This document shows positions 48,622 through 58,322 of a stretch of DNA of 64,000 bases, piece after piece. Location of the stretch: positions 1 to 64,000 of the forward strand of contig CAZFGR010000009.1 of NCBI GenBank assembly GCA_964518475.1, in the 5' to 3' direction. Source of the DNA: an uncultured Nitrososphaerota archaeon. GTDB taxonomy: Archaea; Asgardarchaeota; Njordarchaeia; Njordarchaeales; Njordarchaeaceae. The stretch's first letter is position 1. Each line of letters starts with the position of its first letter. The notes under the pieces are model-generated. The model had not been told where the DNA came from and did not search any database. It saw nothing but the letters and a program-made list of their open reading frames with translations. Position numbers and translations under genes: made by a program.

Positions 48622-50439
48622 TTATTCTACGGTTACTGATTTAGCCAAGTTTCTTGGCTTATCCGGATTATACCCTCTTTCTACAGCTGTATAGTACGCT
48701 AGTAACTGTAGGGGAATGACGTATATAAGTGGAGCTAGTATGTTTGAAAAACCAGAAGGCATGCTAAAAACGAAGTCGCTCTTAGCATATACCTTTTCAA
48801 CATTTTCATCTGCTACAGTTATTATGTATGCCCCTCTACTCTTCATCTCCTCAATAGCTATTAGCATTTTTTCTCTTAAAGCATCATCCAGAACAACACT
48901 CACTACTGGAAATCCTGGCTCTATAAGAGCTATTGGACCGTGTTTAGACTCTCCTGCAGGGTAACCCTCTGCATGTATGTACGCTATCTCCTTCATTTTC
49001 AATGCTCCCTCAAGCGCTATGGGTAATCCAATACCCCTGCCCAAATAATACGCGTTTGTCTTATCCCTCATCCACTTAGCCAATTTTTTGGCTTTCCCAT
49101 CGGTGTTCTCGAGAACCTTTGAGATTACTTCCCCAACATTGTTTAGGAGAGTCTTCTTGATTTCCTCCACATCGTGGCCATGCCGTTCTGCCCACTCTAT
49201 TGTTGCATAATTCAGAACAGAGACTTGAGCAGTAAATGTTTTTGTTGCCGCTACCCCGATTTCTGGCCCCGCTCCCATAATTATGGAGTAATCAGCCACT
49301 CTAGTAATGGCACTACCAATAACGTTAGTTACAGCAACTATCTTAGCTCCCCTACTTTTAGCAAAACGCAGTGCTAAGAGAGTATCTGCCGTCTCACCAG
49401 ATTGGGAAACACCGATCACTAAGTCGCCTTTATCTATGAAGCCACCTACCTCATCAATAAATTCTGAAGAGACGACAGCACGAGAACGGATTCCATACTT
49501 AGCAAAAGCGTACTGACCGTGCAATGATGCGTAGTAGGATGTACCAGCAGCTACTATATATACCTCATTTGCCCGTTCCAAGAATTCTATGAAACGATCA
49601 ATCTGTTTCTCCATCATCATTATTGTTCTATTAACGCTTTGAGGTTGCTCAAAGATTTCCTTAAGCATGAAGTGAGGAAATCCCCCTTTCTGTGCCATTT
49701 CCCGGCTCCATGGAACCTTTATCACTTCTCTACTCACTCGTGATTCGGTGAAGATATTCTCTATAAAGATTCCTTCTCGCGAAACGTATCCTATGTCACC
49801 ATCTTCTAATATTATGACCTTGTTGGTCCATTCTAGGAAAGCTGGTATGTCACTAGCTATGTAATATTCTTCTTCACCGAGACCTATTACAAGGGGAGAA
49901 AACACTCTAGCGAATAATATCTTTTCCGGATCCTCAAGTGAAATAACGGCTAAAGCATAGGCACCCTTAAGCTTTTTTACAGCTTTTTTAAAAGATTCAT
50001 AAAACCCTAGACCATTTTTCATAAAGTCCTCAATTAGGTGTGGGATAACTTCAGTATCTGTCTCGCTCCAGAATTTATGCCCCTTCTTAACAAGATTCTC
50101 CCTAATTTCTTGATAATTCTCAATTATTCCGTTATGTACAACAGCTATCCTCATATCACAATCAGCATGAGGATGAGCATTCTCCTTCGTAACAGCCCCA
50201 TGCGTAGCCCATCTAGTATGGCCAATTCCCACGTACCCGGCCATAGCGTCTAATTGTAGCTTGATCCTTAGCTCATCTATCTTACCAACATCCTTTCTTA
50301 AATCGATGCGATTCTCTGGAGTTATGACGGCTATTCCCGCACTATCATAGCCTCTATACTCAAGGTTTTTGAGCATTGTCAATATCTTACCGGCAACGTT
50401 TCTCTTAAGAAGTGATAGGCAAGCCCCTATCCCGCACAA
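48622..50439 (-). CDS. glmS: Glutamine-fructose-6-phosphate transaminase
   Basis: LEYRGYDSAG, GHTRWATHG, SQSGETADT, KHGPIAL, PRNLAKSVTVE. Start corrected to TTG 50439, giving the required M-C-G N-terminus. Confidence 0.97.
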   Translation of the reverse strand: MCGIGACLSLLKRNVAGKILTMLKNLEYRGYDSAGIAVITPENRIDLRKDVGKIDELRIKLQLDAMAGYVGIGHTRWATHGAVTKENAHPHADCDMRIAVVHNGIIENYQEIRENLVKKGHKFWSETDTEVIPHLIEDFMKNGLGFYESFKKAVKKLKGAYALAVISLEDPEKILFARVFSPLVIGLGEEEYYIASDIPAFLEWTNKVIILEDGDIGYVSREGIFIENIFTESRVSREVIKVPWSREMAQKGGFPHFMLKEIFEQPQSVNRTIMMMEKQIDRFIEFLERANEVYIVAAGTSYYASLHGQYAFAKYGIRSRAVVSSEFIDEVGGFIDKGDLVIGVSQSGETADTLLALRFAKSRGAKIVAVTNVIGSAITRVADYSIIMGAGPEIGVAATKTFTAQVSVLNYATIEWAERHGHDVEEIKKTLLNNVGEVISKVLENTDGKAKKLAKWMRDKTNAYYLGRGIGLPIALEGALKMKEIAYIHAEGYPAGESKHGPIALIEPGFPVVSVVLDDALREKMLIAIEEMKSRGAYIITVADENVEKVYAKSDFVFSMPSGFSNILAPLIYVIPLQLLAYYTAVERGYNPDKPRNLAKSVTVE

Positions 50440-50573
50440 GCTGTCATCCACTCCCTTAGCACATCACCAGTGAACTAATATGCGCAACCTTCTTGATTGT
50501 TTTATTTTTATCTAGATCTAAACCTAAACACTTTTCTGGTAATACCCCAAGACATAGAGGCCGTGAGAAGGTT

Positions 50574-51896
50574 ATGACTTCGACCGATTGGATTTCTATT
50601 TATTACCAGCTTATTAAATTTTTGGATAAGCATGACCCTAAAAGAACCTTTGAGCTACGAGGAGAACTTGGGAAAAGATTTGAGCACCTTAGAGATGAGC
50701 TTCGGAGAAGATTCGTTCGGAATCAAGTTGGTGACGAGTTAGAAACAGCTATTATTTGGGTAAAAATACTTAAGAAGACTTTCGAGGACGCTGAGAAGCT
50801 CCTGCGCATGAAGGGCGAGTTATTACCAAAGGAACTTAAGAGTTTTCTTGATAACCCCGAGCATCATTTAATGAAGAAGGTAATATTCTACCTCTACGAC
50901 TTATTACGGAATAAGATAGAGCCAGAGGATTTTCTAAAAACAGCGGGTGCGGCGGTTAGAACATCCCTTAAAACGAATATGCGATCCATTTACCAGACCT
51001 GGGTCTATGTCACGGTCCTCAAGCTACTAGGGGAGAAAGGAGGAAGGATAGTATATCCAGAGCTTAAATACCTGCTAATAGGTCGATCGGGTAGACAAAA
51101 AACAGGTTGGATCCCGCCGAACGCTGTTATACAATTCATCGAGAAAGGTTATTTAAGCTTCTTCATAGAGGCTCCGAGACCTATAGGCTGGGAAGACTCT
51201 ACCGATCTTAGAAAGATCTGGACACTTTACACAGCTTTGAGACCCGATTTCCTAGTTTACGAGGGTAGAGTTCTAAATATTGTTAAGCTTGATTCGAATC
51301 CCCCGATTATGAAGCCCAATATAATCATTGAGTGCAAGGAGTTAGAGGATTGGTATAAACGGGGAAGAGAAGTTAGAGGTCCCTTTGCAAAGCCTTTATC
51401 AGTGGAGGAGTGGAGGAGCAAATGGATCACGGGTCTCTGGGATGGACTATCCGATATTCTTGGTGTCAAAAGAACCGAAGTTGTTGAAGAGGTTAAAAAG
51501 AAGAAGGCCTTAAGGCTGAAAGACGTCCAAATAGTAACTCTTTACCATACTTTGTATAAGCCAGATAAAATGTTTCTAGTCTCTAGATCCTTAGTGCCTA
51601 GTGATATAAAGACTTACCTAGAAGACCGCGGTATAATCGTTTATGATAATATAGGTTTTGAGGAGCGAAAACTAAGAGAACTCGCTGATGAATTATACAA
51701 GCATGCGAAGCGGGGAGGTAGTGATAGAGAATTGATAGAGATCCCAACAGAGATAATAGATACTCTCAACCACTTACTAGAGCTTTTAGGTAGTAAGGGG
51801 AGAAATTATTCCAGAATAGATGTGCTTAGGGCCGCTCTTCGACTGGCCATTAAGAAAGTAGATGAGGTTCTAGATGAGTTAGAAAAACCTCAATGA
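50574..51896 (+). CDS. PD-(D/E)XK nuclease-like protein with C-terminal RHH-like domain
   Basis: IYQTWVY..VL, LRPDF, IIIECKE; C-terminal LIEIP...SRIDVLRAAL. Confidence 0.45.
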   Translation: MTSTDWISIYYQLIKFLDKHDPKRTFELRGELGKRFEHLRDELRRRFVRNQVGDELETAIIWVKILKKTFEDAEKLLRMKGELLPKELKSFLDNPEHHLMKKVIFYLYDLLRNKIEPEDFLKTAGAAVRTSLKTNMRSIYQTWVYVTVLKLLGEKGGRIVYPELKYLLIGRSGRQKTGWIPPNAVIQFIEKGYLSFFIEAPRPIGWEDSTDLRKIWTLYTALRPDFLVYEGRVLNIVKLDSNPPIMKPNIIIECKELEDWYKRGREVRGPFAKPLSVEEWRSKWITGLWDGLSDILGVKRTEVVEEVKKKKALRLKDVQIVTLYHTLYKPDKMFLVSRSLVPSDIKTYLEDRGIIVYDNIGFEERKLRELADELYKHAKRGGSDRELIEIPTEIIDTLNHLLELLGSKGRNYSRIDVLRAALRLAIKKVDEVLDELEKPQ

Positions 51897-51963
51897 AATA
51901 TTCTCTCAGAGAAGAGGGGATTATGTGGGGGATTATGAGAAGAGGGAATTTTTAGAAGAAAAT

Positions 51964-52167
51964 TTATTGCAATGCGGAAGGAACAACTAAAAACAGACCT
52001 GTGAGATATACTAGAAACGCTACTGTTTTCCAGAAGTCAGCCGCTTCCTTATCTCCTGCTTTAGTTAAGATCTCCCTAATCACGGCCACAATATACAAAA
52101 TTACTGATAATCCAATCCTGAGAGCCCAGTAGGCAGTAGTATAGGGCTGAATCTGCGTCGGATCAAT
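51964..52167 (-). CDS. Small two-TM membrane protein absent from the ORF track (possible ATT start)
   Basis: 67-codon open frame IDPTQIQPYTTAYWALRIGLSVILYIVAVIREILTKAGDKEAADFWKTVAFLVYLTGLFLVVPSALQ filling a 370-bp gap; GAGG 3 nt before the ATT. Confidence 0.55.
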   Translation of the reverse strand: MDPTQIQPYTTAYWALRIGLSVILYIVAVIREILTKAGDKEAADFWKTVAFLVYLTGLFLVVPSALQ

Positions 52168-52265
52168 GTGCCTCGTGGGAAATTATCATAATATAGTCAA
52201 ATTTTTATTACGATAAAAGTATATTTTAACAGAATATTGTTCAAGAGTGTTACGGAGGACTTATC

Positions 52266-52994
52266 ATGAGGCAGATGATGGCGCTCAAAACGAAGTTAAG
52301 AGCTATAGATATTCTCCGAGTTCTCAAGCGTAGGTATACGTACGAGGAACTCTCCCAATACTTCGGCTTACCAGTACCAGTTCTGAGTAGGTATATTCAA
52401 GGACATGTTCTTCCTAGAGAGGATAGAGCACGTGAAATCATAGAGGCTGCTAAAAAGCTCTTAAATCTCGAAGCTGAGATTAGGGACAGGTTATTCTTTG
52501 ACGAGTACGGATTCTTCGACAATACGAGGATTTTATTTGACATAACTCTTCTAAGACTCATAGCTAAGATAGTTGCGGAGAAGTATTCTGAGGAAAGAAT
52601 TGATAAAATATTGACGGCAGCTGTGGACGGGTTACCCTTTGCAATGCTTCTAGGTAGTGAGTTGGATGTTGATGTTATCTACACGAAGAGAGAGAAGGAG
52701 GTTGGTGTCAAGGATTACGTGGAGGAGTATTATGTTCCGGGAGGTTCTGGGATCAGATTGAGTCTTTACCTGCCTAAGAATGCGTTAAAGCCTCGAGAAT
52801 ACGTGCTTATAGTGGATGATATTATTAGAACTGGTGAGACCCAGAGAGCACTTATAAATATTGTTCACCGGAGAAGAGCTATCCCGATTGGTGTTTATAT
52901 CTTAATAGCTATTGGGGATAAATGGCGTAGTAAAATACCTGAAAACGTTTCAGTTGAGTATTTCGTGAAAATACCCGAACCAACTACTAGCTAA
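52266..52994 (+). CDS. HTH-fused phosphoribosyltransferase (adenine PRTase-like / PurR-type)
   Basis: N-terminal YTYEELS...PVLSRY.QG.VLP HTH; VLIVDDIIRTGET PRPP motif. Confidence 0.85.
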   Translation: MRQMMALKTKLRAIDILRVLKRRYTYEELSQYFGLPVPVLSRYIQGHVLPREDRAREIIEAAKKLLNLEAEIRDRLFFDEYGFFDNTRILFDITLLRLIAKIVAEKYSEERIDKILTAAVDGLPFAMLLGSELDVDVIYTKREKEVGVKDYVEEYYVPGGSGIRLSLYLPKNALKPREYVLIVDDIIRTGETQRALINIVHRRRAIPIGVYILIAIGDKWRSKIPENVSVEYFVKIPEPTTS

Positions 52995-53214
52995 TTTTAT
53001 TTTCTAGCGCGTAGCTTTTGAGTTCTAAAAGGATATTATCCATTAACTCGCCGAAGAATGCCATCGTCTCGAGTATCCTTTCGTCTATTTTATCATAGTT
53101 TTCCTCAATGAATGTAGCTATTTCTTCCCGAATGTTTAGCCAGATCGCGGAAATTACCATCAAGAGTTTCACGATAGAATAAAAAGTTCCAATACTTTTA
53201 CTTTTCATTAACAC
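52987..53214 (-). CDS. Small hypothetical protein
   Basis: 75-aa ORF with GAGGGA RBS. Confidence 0.45.
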   Translation of the reverse strand: MLMKSKSIGTFYSIVKLLMVISAIWLNIREEIATFIEENYDKIDERILETMAFFGELMDNILLELKSYALENKIS

Positions 53215-53294
53215 TCCCTCTAGTTTCCTTAAGAAAAAAGTTCCACAAAATATTTAAAGGAGCAAAAGAATGAGAATGAGTTTTTGGTTAATCT

Positions 53295-53678
53295 TTATTC
53301 TTCACTCTTCTCTTCTTTCTTCTCCTCTTCTGCCTTTTCTTCTTCTTTTTTCTCGGCTTTTTCTTCTTCCTCTTTTTCGAGTTCTTCTAATTGCTTCTCA
53401 ATCTCCTCCACATTAATCTCTTCAGGGGACGGAGTCTGTACTAGTGCCCAACCGATCCAGGTGAATATCACGCCTCCAAGGATTACCAGTAATAGGATTG
53501 GAATCAATAGGATCCAGTAGAGCGGTGGTACTGGAATACCCCACAGACTTGACCACTCCGTGAGGTTTATCTTATTGAATATTGGAGCTAAGAGACCCCA
53601 GATTATGTATAGAGCCGTCACAATTATGGATACGAGCATGAAAACTACGCCTAGGATTTTTTCACCACTCACCATCAA
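53295..53678 (-). CDS. Two-TM membrane protein resembling DPM2, with Glu/Lys-rich tail
   Basis: EKILG....VS.....LY..W.LL.P ... P..YW...IP ... WIGW....TPSP, followed by a charged tail. Confidence 0.6.
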   Translation of the reverse strand: MMVSGEKILGVVFMLVSIIVTALYIIWGLLAPIFNKINLTEWSSLWGIPVPPLYWILLIPILLLVILGGVIFTWIGWALVQTPSPEEINVEEIEKQLEELEKEEEEKAEKKEEEKAEEEKKEEKSEE

Positions 53679-53738
53679 AGATCACCTGTGAATAGTTTTA
53701 CACACAAGAATGTTAATTGCTTTTTAAATCTTAATTAT

Positions 53739-54698
53739 CTATTGCTCATAGGAAATTTTGGTAGCTTTTCCAGTATTCATAGCCTTGAGAATAGCTTCGC
53801 AAGTTCTTAAAGCGATTAACCCATCCATACCGGTTACGGCGGGTTTTTCTTCGCCCAGAATAGCCCTTACAAAATTCTTGTCCTGTTCTAATAGAGGCTC
53901 CCTATAGGTTATTTTAGGCACAAATATTCCATCTTCACTCAGGATAGTCACTTTATGAAGATCATAATCGATAATAAAGACAGCATTCGAGCCAGTGATC
54001 TCCATCCTACGTATCTTAAAGGGTGTTAACCAATTAGCCTCGATCAAGGCATGTAGAGTTTCTCTCCCTGCAGCATATTCAAGGAAAATCGCTACATGAT
54101 CCTCGTATTCATGAGAAACAGCTCCTCCTCTCGCATAAGCTATGATGGGATCTGCCTCGAAGATGTACCTTATCAAATCTATGTCATGAATCGCTAGATC
54201 TCTCACAACACCTACGTCGTGAGGCCTATTTGGCCACAAACTTGTTCTCTTAGCAGATACTACCAGGGGTTTCCCAAGTTTATCAATATTAGTTTTCACG
54301 AATTGCGTGGCTGGACTGTACCTTAATAAAAAACCAACCATTAGAATTAGTTTCTGCTCCAAAGCCGTTTTTACGAGATCAAAGGCTTGTTTCGCACTTT
54401 CGGTTAATGGCTTTTCCACTAGAACATGTTTTCCATGATCTAAGGCTTGTTTTGCTTGTTCGTAGTGAAGCTTTGTTGGAGTAGCCAGTATTACTCCATC
54501 CACTTTATCACTAACTAGTACGCTTTCGTAGTCTGTGGTCCATTCATGACCAAATCTCTTAGCTATTAGTTTAGCCCTCGATTCATTTATATCTACCACA
54601 TAGACATTATCAATCAAACCCTCAGCTCTCAAAAAACCTAGGACTCGAGCGTGGTTCTGTCCCCACCCGCCTACTCCAACGATAGCGACGCCTACCAA
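53739..54698 (-). CDS. Gfo/Idh/MocA oxidoreductase (UDP-GlcNAc(A) 3-dehydrogenase-like)
   Basis: GVGGWG.NHAR, HVLVEKP, DVGVV.DLAIHDID, ANWLTP.K.R, EPL. Confidence 0.85.
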   Translation of the reverse strand: MVGVAIVGVGGWGQNHARVLGFLRAEGLIDNVYVVDINESRAKLIAKRFGHEWTTDYESVLVSDKVDGVILATPTKLHYEQAKQALDHGKHVLVEKPLTESAKQAFDLVKTALEQKLILMVGFLLRYSPATQFVKTNIDKLGKPLVVSAKRTSLWPNRPHDVGVVRDLAIHDIDLIRYIFEADPIIAYARGGAVSHEYEDHVAIFLEYAAGRETLHALIEANWLTPFKIRRMEITGSNAVFIIDYDLHKVTILSEDGIFVPKITYREPLLEQDKNFVRAILGEEKPAVTGMDGLIALRTCEAILKAMNTGKATKISYEQ

Positions 54699-54853
54699 GA
54701 TACTGGCCTCCGAACGAATCCGTAAGGATAAAGTAAGAAAGAAACGAAAAATACTATTTGAAGATTTTCGAAACGCAGTAGCAAAAACTCATACAGCAAT
54801 AAAATGGGGAAAAATGAATTCAATGATTCTCTAGAAGATCCCTGAAGCTATAT

Positions 54854-55384
54854 TTATCTTATATATCCCAGTTCTCGTAGTTTTTCCATAATTTTCTTAG
54901 CCCCTTCCTCTGGAGACTCCTTCTCAGTATCCACTACTACTTCGGGAGAGAGAGGCTCCTCATATGGGTCATCAATTCCCGTCATGTGTTTTATTTTACC
55001 CTCTAAAGCCTTTTTATAGAGACCTTTGGGATCCCTCTTCATCGCTGTCTCGAGGGAACATTTAACATAGACCTCTATAAAGTCTCCTATTGTTTCTCTC
55101 GCGAGCTTTCTAATGGCTCGGTATGGGGAGACGAAAGCTGCGATTACGAAGACGCCGTTTCTCGCTAGTAGCTTGCTCACATAGATTACTCTCTTCAGGT
55201 GTCTTTCCCTATCCTCTTTGGTAAATCCCGCTTCTGGGCTAAGCCACTTTCTTACCTCGTCTCCATCAAGTACCTCTACTTTACAACCCATACTTCTAAG
55301 TTCTCTCTCCAAAACCCTTGCAAGAGTTGTTTTTCCAGCGGCTGGGAGACCGGTTAGCCAGATAACACAACCCTTCTCACTCAT
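54854..55384 (-). CDS. cysC: Adenylyl-sulfate (APS) kinase
   Basis: WLTGLPAAGKTT, LDGD.VR, SPYR, RDPKGLY, TGIDDPYE.P. Confidence 0.96.
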   Translation of the reverse strand: MSEKGCVIWLTGLPAAGKTTLARVLERELRSMGCKVEVLDGDEVRKWLSPEAGFTKEDRERHLKRVIYVSKLLARNGVFVIAAFVSPYRAIRKLARETIGDFIEVYVKCSLETAMKRDPKGLYKKALEGKIKHMTGIDDPYEEPLSPEVVVDTEKESPEEGAKKIMEKLRELGYIR

Positions 55385-55386
55385 AC

Positions 55387-56769
55387 CTAATCACCGAGAA
55401 GGGATCTTCCATCCATATCGTTCTCAAATTTTATACCGAAAAAGTCCAGGATAGTTGGGGCTACATCAAATATGCTTACTTCGCCAAGATTTCGCTTCCC
55501 AATGGTTTCTTGGGGATCATAAATTATTAGGATACCGTCCCAGTCATGAACAGCATCGTCGGGTCCTTTATCGTTTTCCGGAAGATAATATGTGCCGTAA
55601 CCAACGGTTCCAGCGGATCTCCAGTATAGATCATCGAAATATACGAATAGGTCCGGAGGATCGCCATTCAGAACTGGGAAGAGTTCTTGTGGACGATACA
55701 CCTTATTATCCATCTCATTACCGTTCTGGTCTCTTATCTTCTTGAAGTCATTAATTAGTTGTTCACGCATGTCCTCGAAATCCTCCTCCTTAACAACTCC
55801 ATGAGGCTCTCTACCCTTAAGATTAATGAATACCCTTGCGTAGTACCCGCCCCATCCCCAAGCAATTGTTTGGTCCCAGTTTATCTCTGCCTTCGCCAGA
55901 TCCGTCCCTGGCTCTGGCTCTTTTCTAAATTCTAGGTAGCCTTGATCAGCTAGCCACTCATTTATTACGAAGGCTCCTTTCATCCTTTTTGCTCCGTGAT
56001 CCGATGCTACGATAACTACTGTTTCGTCATCGATCAGATTGAGTATTCGTCCTATGCGTTGATCAATATACTTGTAGTAATCTGGAATCACATTCTCGAA
56101 CTCGTTTCCAGGAGTGTATAGGTGGTGTTCCTTATCGAAGAATTTCCAGAAAGCGTGTTGGACTCGATCAACCCCTATCTCAACAAACATGAAGAAATCC
56201 CATTTCTCGCGCATCAGGTACTCTACGATGTCGAAGTGTTGCTCAGTCATTTTGTAAAGATTCTTGATCAGTTCCCTCCTCTTCTCCGTTCTGAACACTA
56301 CATCGAATATGAAGGGGCCGAATTTTGACTCTATTTCCTGCTTAAGCTGCGGGGGATAAGTGTATTCTTTCTCCGGTCCTGGTGTTATGAAACAGGAGAT
56401 CCAGAAACCATTGATTTTCTTTGGGGGATAGCCCGGAGGGACGCTTATGACGACTGATCTTAAACCTTGCTCACCTATGATGTCCCAAATAGCTGGCTCC
56501 TTAACGGATAGTGAGCTGACTATGTAGAAGTCGTTATACGCGCCTTTTTTCCTGTGTCTAAAACCATACATGCCGAGTTTTCCTGGGTTTTTCCCCGTTA
56601 CCATAGCAGCCCATGCAGGAATGGTTATCGGTGGATGAGTAGATCTCATTCTAGCGTATGCTCCGTCCTGTATCAACTTAGAGATATTTGGAAGATCCTT
56701 TCTAAACTTCTCAAAAACGAGTTTCGGTGGAGCAGCGTCAAGCCCTATCAATAATACCTTCCTGCTCAT
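55387..56769 (-). CDS. Alkaline phosphatase superfamily protein (type I phosphodiesterase/NPP-like)
   Basis: IGLDAA, STHPPITIPAW (Thr nucleophile, no CxPxR), DRVQH, SDHG, HDWDG, DVAPTIL, MDGRSL. Confidence 0.88.
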   Translation of the reverse strand: MSRKVLLIGLDAAPPKLVFEKFRKDLPNISKLIQDGAYARMRSTHPPITIPAWAAMVTGKNPGKLGMYGFRHRKKGAYNDFYIVSSLSVKEPAIWDIIGEQGLRSVVISVPPGYPPKKINGFWISCFITPGPEKEYTYPPQLKQEIESKFGPFIFDVVFRTEKRRELIKNLYKMTEQHFDIVEYLMREKWDFFMFVEIGVDRVQHAFWKFFDKEHHLYTPGNEFENVIPDYYKYIDQRIGRILNLIDDETVVIVASDHGAKRMKGAFVINEWLADQGYLEFRKEPEPGTDLAKAEINWDQTIAWGWGGYYARVFINLKGREPHGVVKEEDFEDMREQLINDFKKIRDQNGNEMDNKVYRPQELFPVLNGDPPDLFVYFDDLYWRSAGTVGYGTYYLPENDKGPDDAVHDWDGILIIYDPQETIGKRNLGEVSIFDVAPTILDFFGIKFENDMDGRSLLGD

Positions 56770-56803
56770 TCCTTAACAACTCCCTTTTTCTCTATTACAT
56801 AGC

Positions 56804-57955
56804 TTATTCTACGAAGGGTTTATCCCATTTCAGTATTACCTCAGCCACCTCTGGCCTCATCATGTATTCGGGAGGTTTCTTTTTCTCCATTATCAATTTC
56901 CTGATAAGGGTACCGCTGAAACGCACCCTATCCTCCCCACCATGCGGACATGTTTTCTCATTAGCGATACCGCCACATTTGCGGCAATAGAAGAACTCTC
57001 TAAAGAAGAGCGGTGTTATTCCGAGATCAGGGAACTCTTTGAAGATTTCGTGTGCTTCGTAAGGGCCATAGTAATTACCTACTCCAGCATGGTCTCTCCC
57101 AACAACAAAGTGTGTGCAACCAAAGTTTTTCCTTATGATTGCGTGGAAAATGGCTTCTCTCGGTCCAGCATAACGCATCCACGTTCTTAGTATGGCGAGA
57201 ACAGCCACGTCCTTGGGATAATAGTGCTTCAATAGAACCTCGTAGGCTTTCAAGATTACTTCATCCTTGAAATCCCCTGGCTTCTTTTTGCCTATTAGGG
57301 GATTGATGAAGATTCCATCAGCGAATACTAGGGCTGTTTTTTGCAAGTACTCATGGCCTAGGTGTGGAGCGTTTCTTGTCTGGAATCCTACTACTGTTTC
57401 CCACCCCTTTTCCCTGAATAGAACTCGTGTCTCTGCTGGGTATAGAGTGTACCTAGCGAATGGGTTTGGAGGTTCATTTAGCAGCTCGATTTTACCCCCT
57501 ATTAACAATTCCTTCATCCTATATACTCTCGCAACCCCTGGATGCTTAGTATCCCGCGTCTTGAAAACTTTCTCTGCAAACTCGTCCTTATCGTATCCAT
57601 AGATCTCCTCAATATAGAGAACCGCTAGAGGCATATCTTGTTCGTTCTTTAAAACAATCTCGTCACCCTCCTGTAGTCCCGCGATTTCATCTGGGTCAAC
57701 ATCGAGGACTATCGGGATTGTCCAAGGAAGATCATTAGATAGACGCATATCATGTATAACACTCAGATAATCTTCTTGCACCATGAATCCCTCTAATGGA
57801 CTAAACACACCCCTAGCAATGTTGACTAGATCTACCGCGGTGTCTTCGTTAACAACTAGAGAAGGCATATCCTTGACTTCATCCAATAATCGCTCCCTTC
57901 TCCTACCAACAATAACTCTATTTACGAGTCTCCCACCATGAGGACGGGGAAGCAT
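56804..57955 (-). CDS. sat: Sulfate adenylyltransferase (ATP sulfurylase)
   Basis: PHGGRL, FSPLEGFM, FQTRNAPHLGHE, RYAGPREA, GRDHAGVG, SGT.IR, MRPEV. Confidence 0.97.
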   Translation of the reverse strand: MLPRPHGGRLVNRVIVGRRRERLLDEVKDMPSLVVNEDTAVDLVNIARGVFSPLEGFMVQEDYLSVIHDMRLSNDLPWTIPIVLDVDPDEIAGLQEGDEIVLKNEQDMPLAVLYIEEIYGYDKDEFAEKVFKTRDTKHPGVARVYRMKELLIGGKIELLNEPPNPFARYTLYPAETRVLFREKGWETVVGFQTRNAPHLGHEYLQKTALVFADGIFINPLIGKKKPGDFKDEVILKAYEVLLKHYYPKDVAVLAILRTWMRYAGPREAIFHAIIRKNFGCTHFVVGRDHAGVGNYYGPYEAHEIFKEFPDLGITPLFFREFFYCRKCGGIANEKTCPHGGEDRVRFSGTLIRKLIMEKKKPPEYMMRPEVAEVILKWDKPFVE

Positions 57956-57966
57956 ATCGTACCCTC

Positions 57967-58245
57967 CTAATCAAGATATCCCAGAGCCTTTAGTTTCTGT
58001 TTGATCCTCTCAACATCCTCGGGAGTAAATGGCTCCTCACTTCTCTCCGATTCGTGCATAGCAACTACTTCCCTGAGAACATATGTAACGTAGTCAGAGA
58101 CGGATGTGAAGCCCGTTCCCTCTATAAGCTTCTTAATCCTATTATACAGCGTTACAGGAATAGAAACAGTCGTATACTTCTTCCTAGCCATCTTCTGACT
58201 AGAACTCTCAACTTTTTGCTTTTCCTCACTAGACAAAGAACACAC
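57967..58245 (-). CDS. CopG/RHH protein with C-terminal LKALGY tail
   Basis: YTTVSIP..LY..IK....GTGFTSVSDYVTYVLRE; ends ERIKQKLKALGYLD; alternative start ATG 58191. Confidence 0.85.
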   Translation of the reverse strand: MCSLSSEEKQKVESSSQKMARKKYTTVSIPVTLYNRIKKLIEGTGFTSVSDYVTYVLREVVAMHESERSEEPFTPEDVERIKQKLKALGYLD

Positions 58246-58322
58246 CAGAGATTTTAATTAAAAATTATGGAAATTTAATGATAATTAATTAAGAAAGAGA
58301 AGTTAAAAAATTTTCTAAAAAT

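Noticed and set aside
50440-50451. GlmS N-terminal extension MDDSL that would block the catalytic Cys1
   Set aside because: An in-frame TTG at 50439 with an upstream GGAGTGG RBS gives the normal M-C-G start.
51909-51946. Short direct repeats (GGGGATTATG x2, GAGAAGAGGG x2)
   Set aside because: Too short and lacking spacers for a CRISPR array; likely a convergent terminator region.
56804-57955. sat as evidence for dissimilatory sulfate reduction
   Set aside because: Linked to cysC, with no aprAB, dsrAB or qmo in the window.
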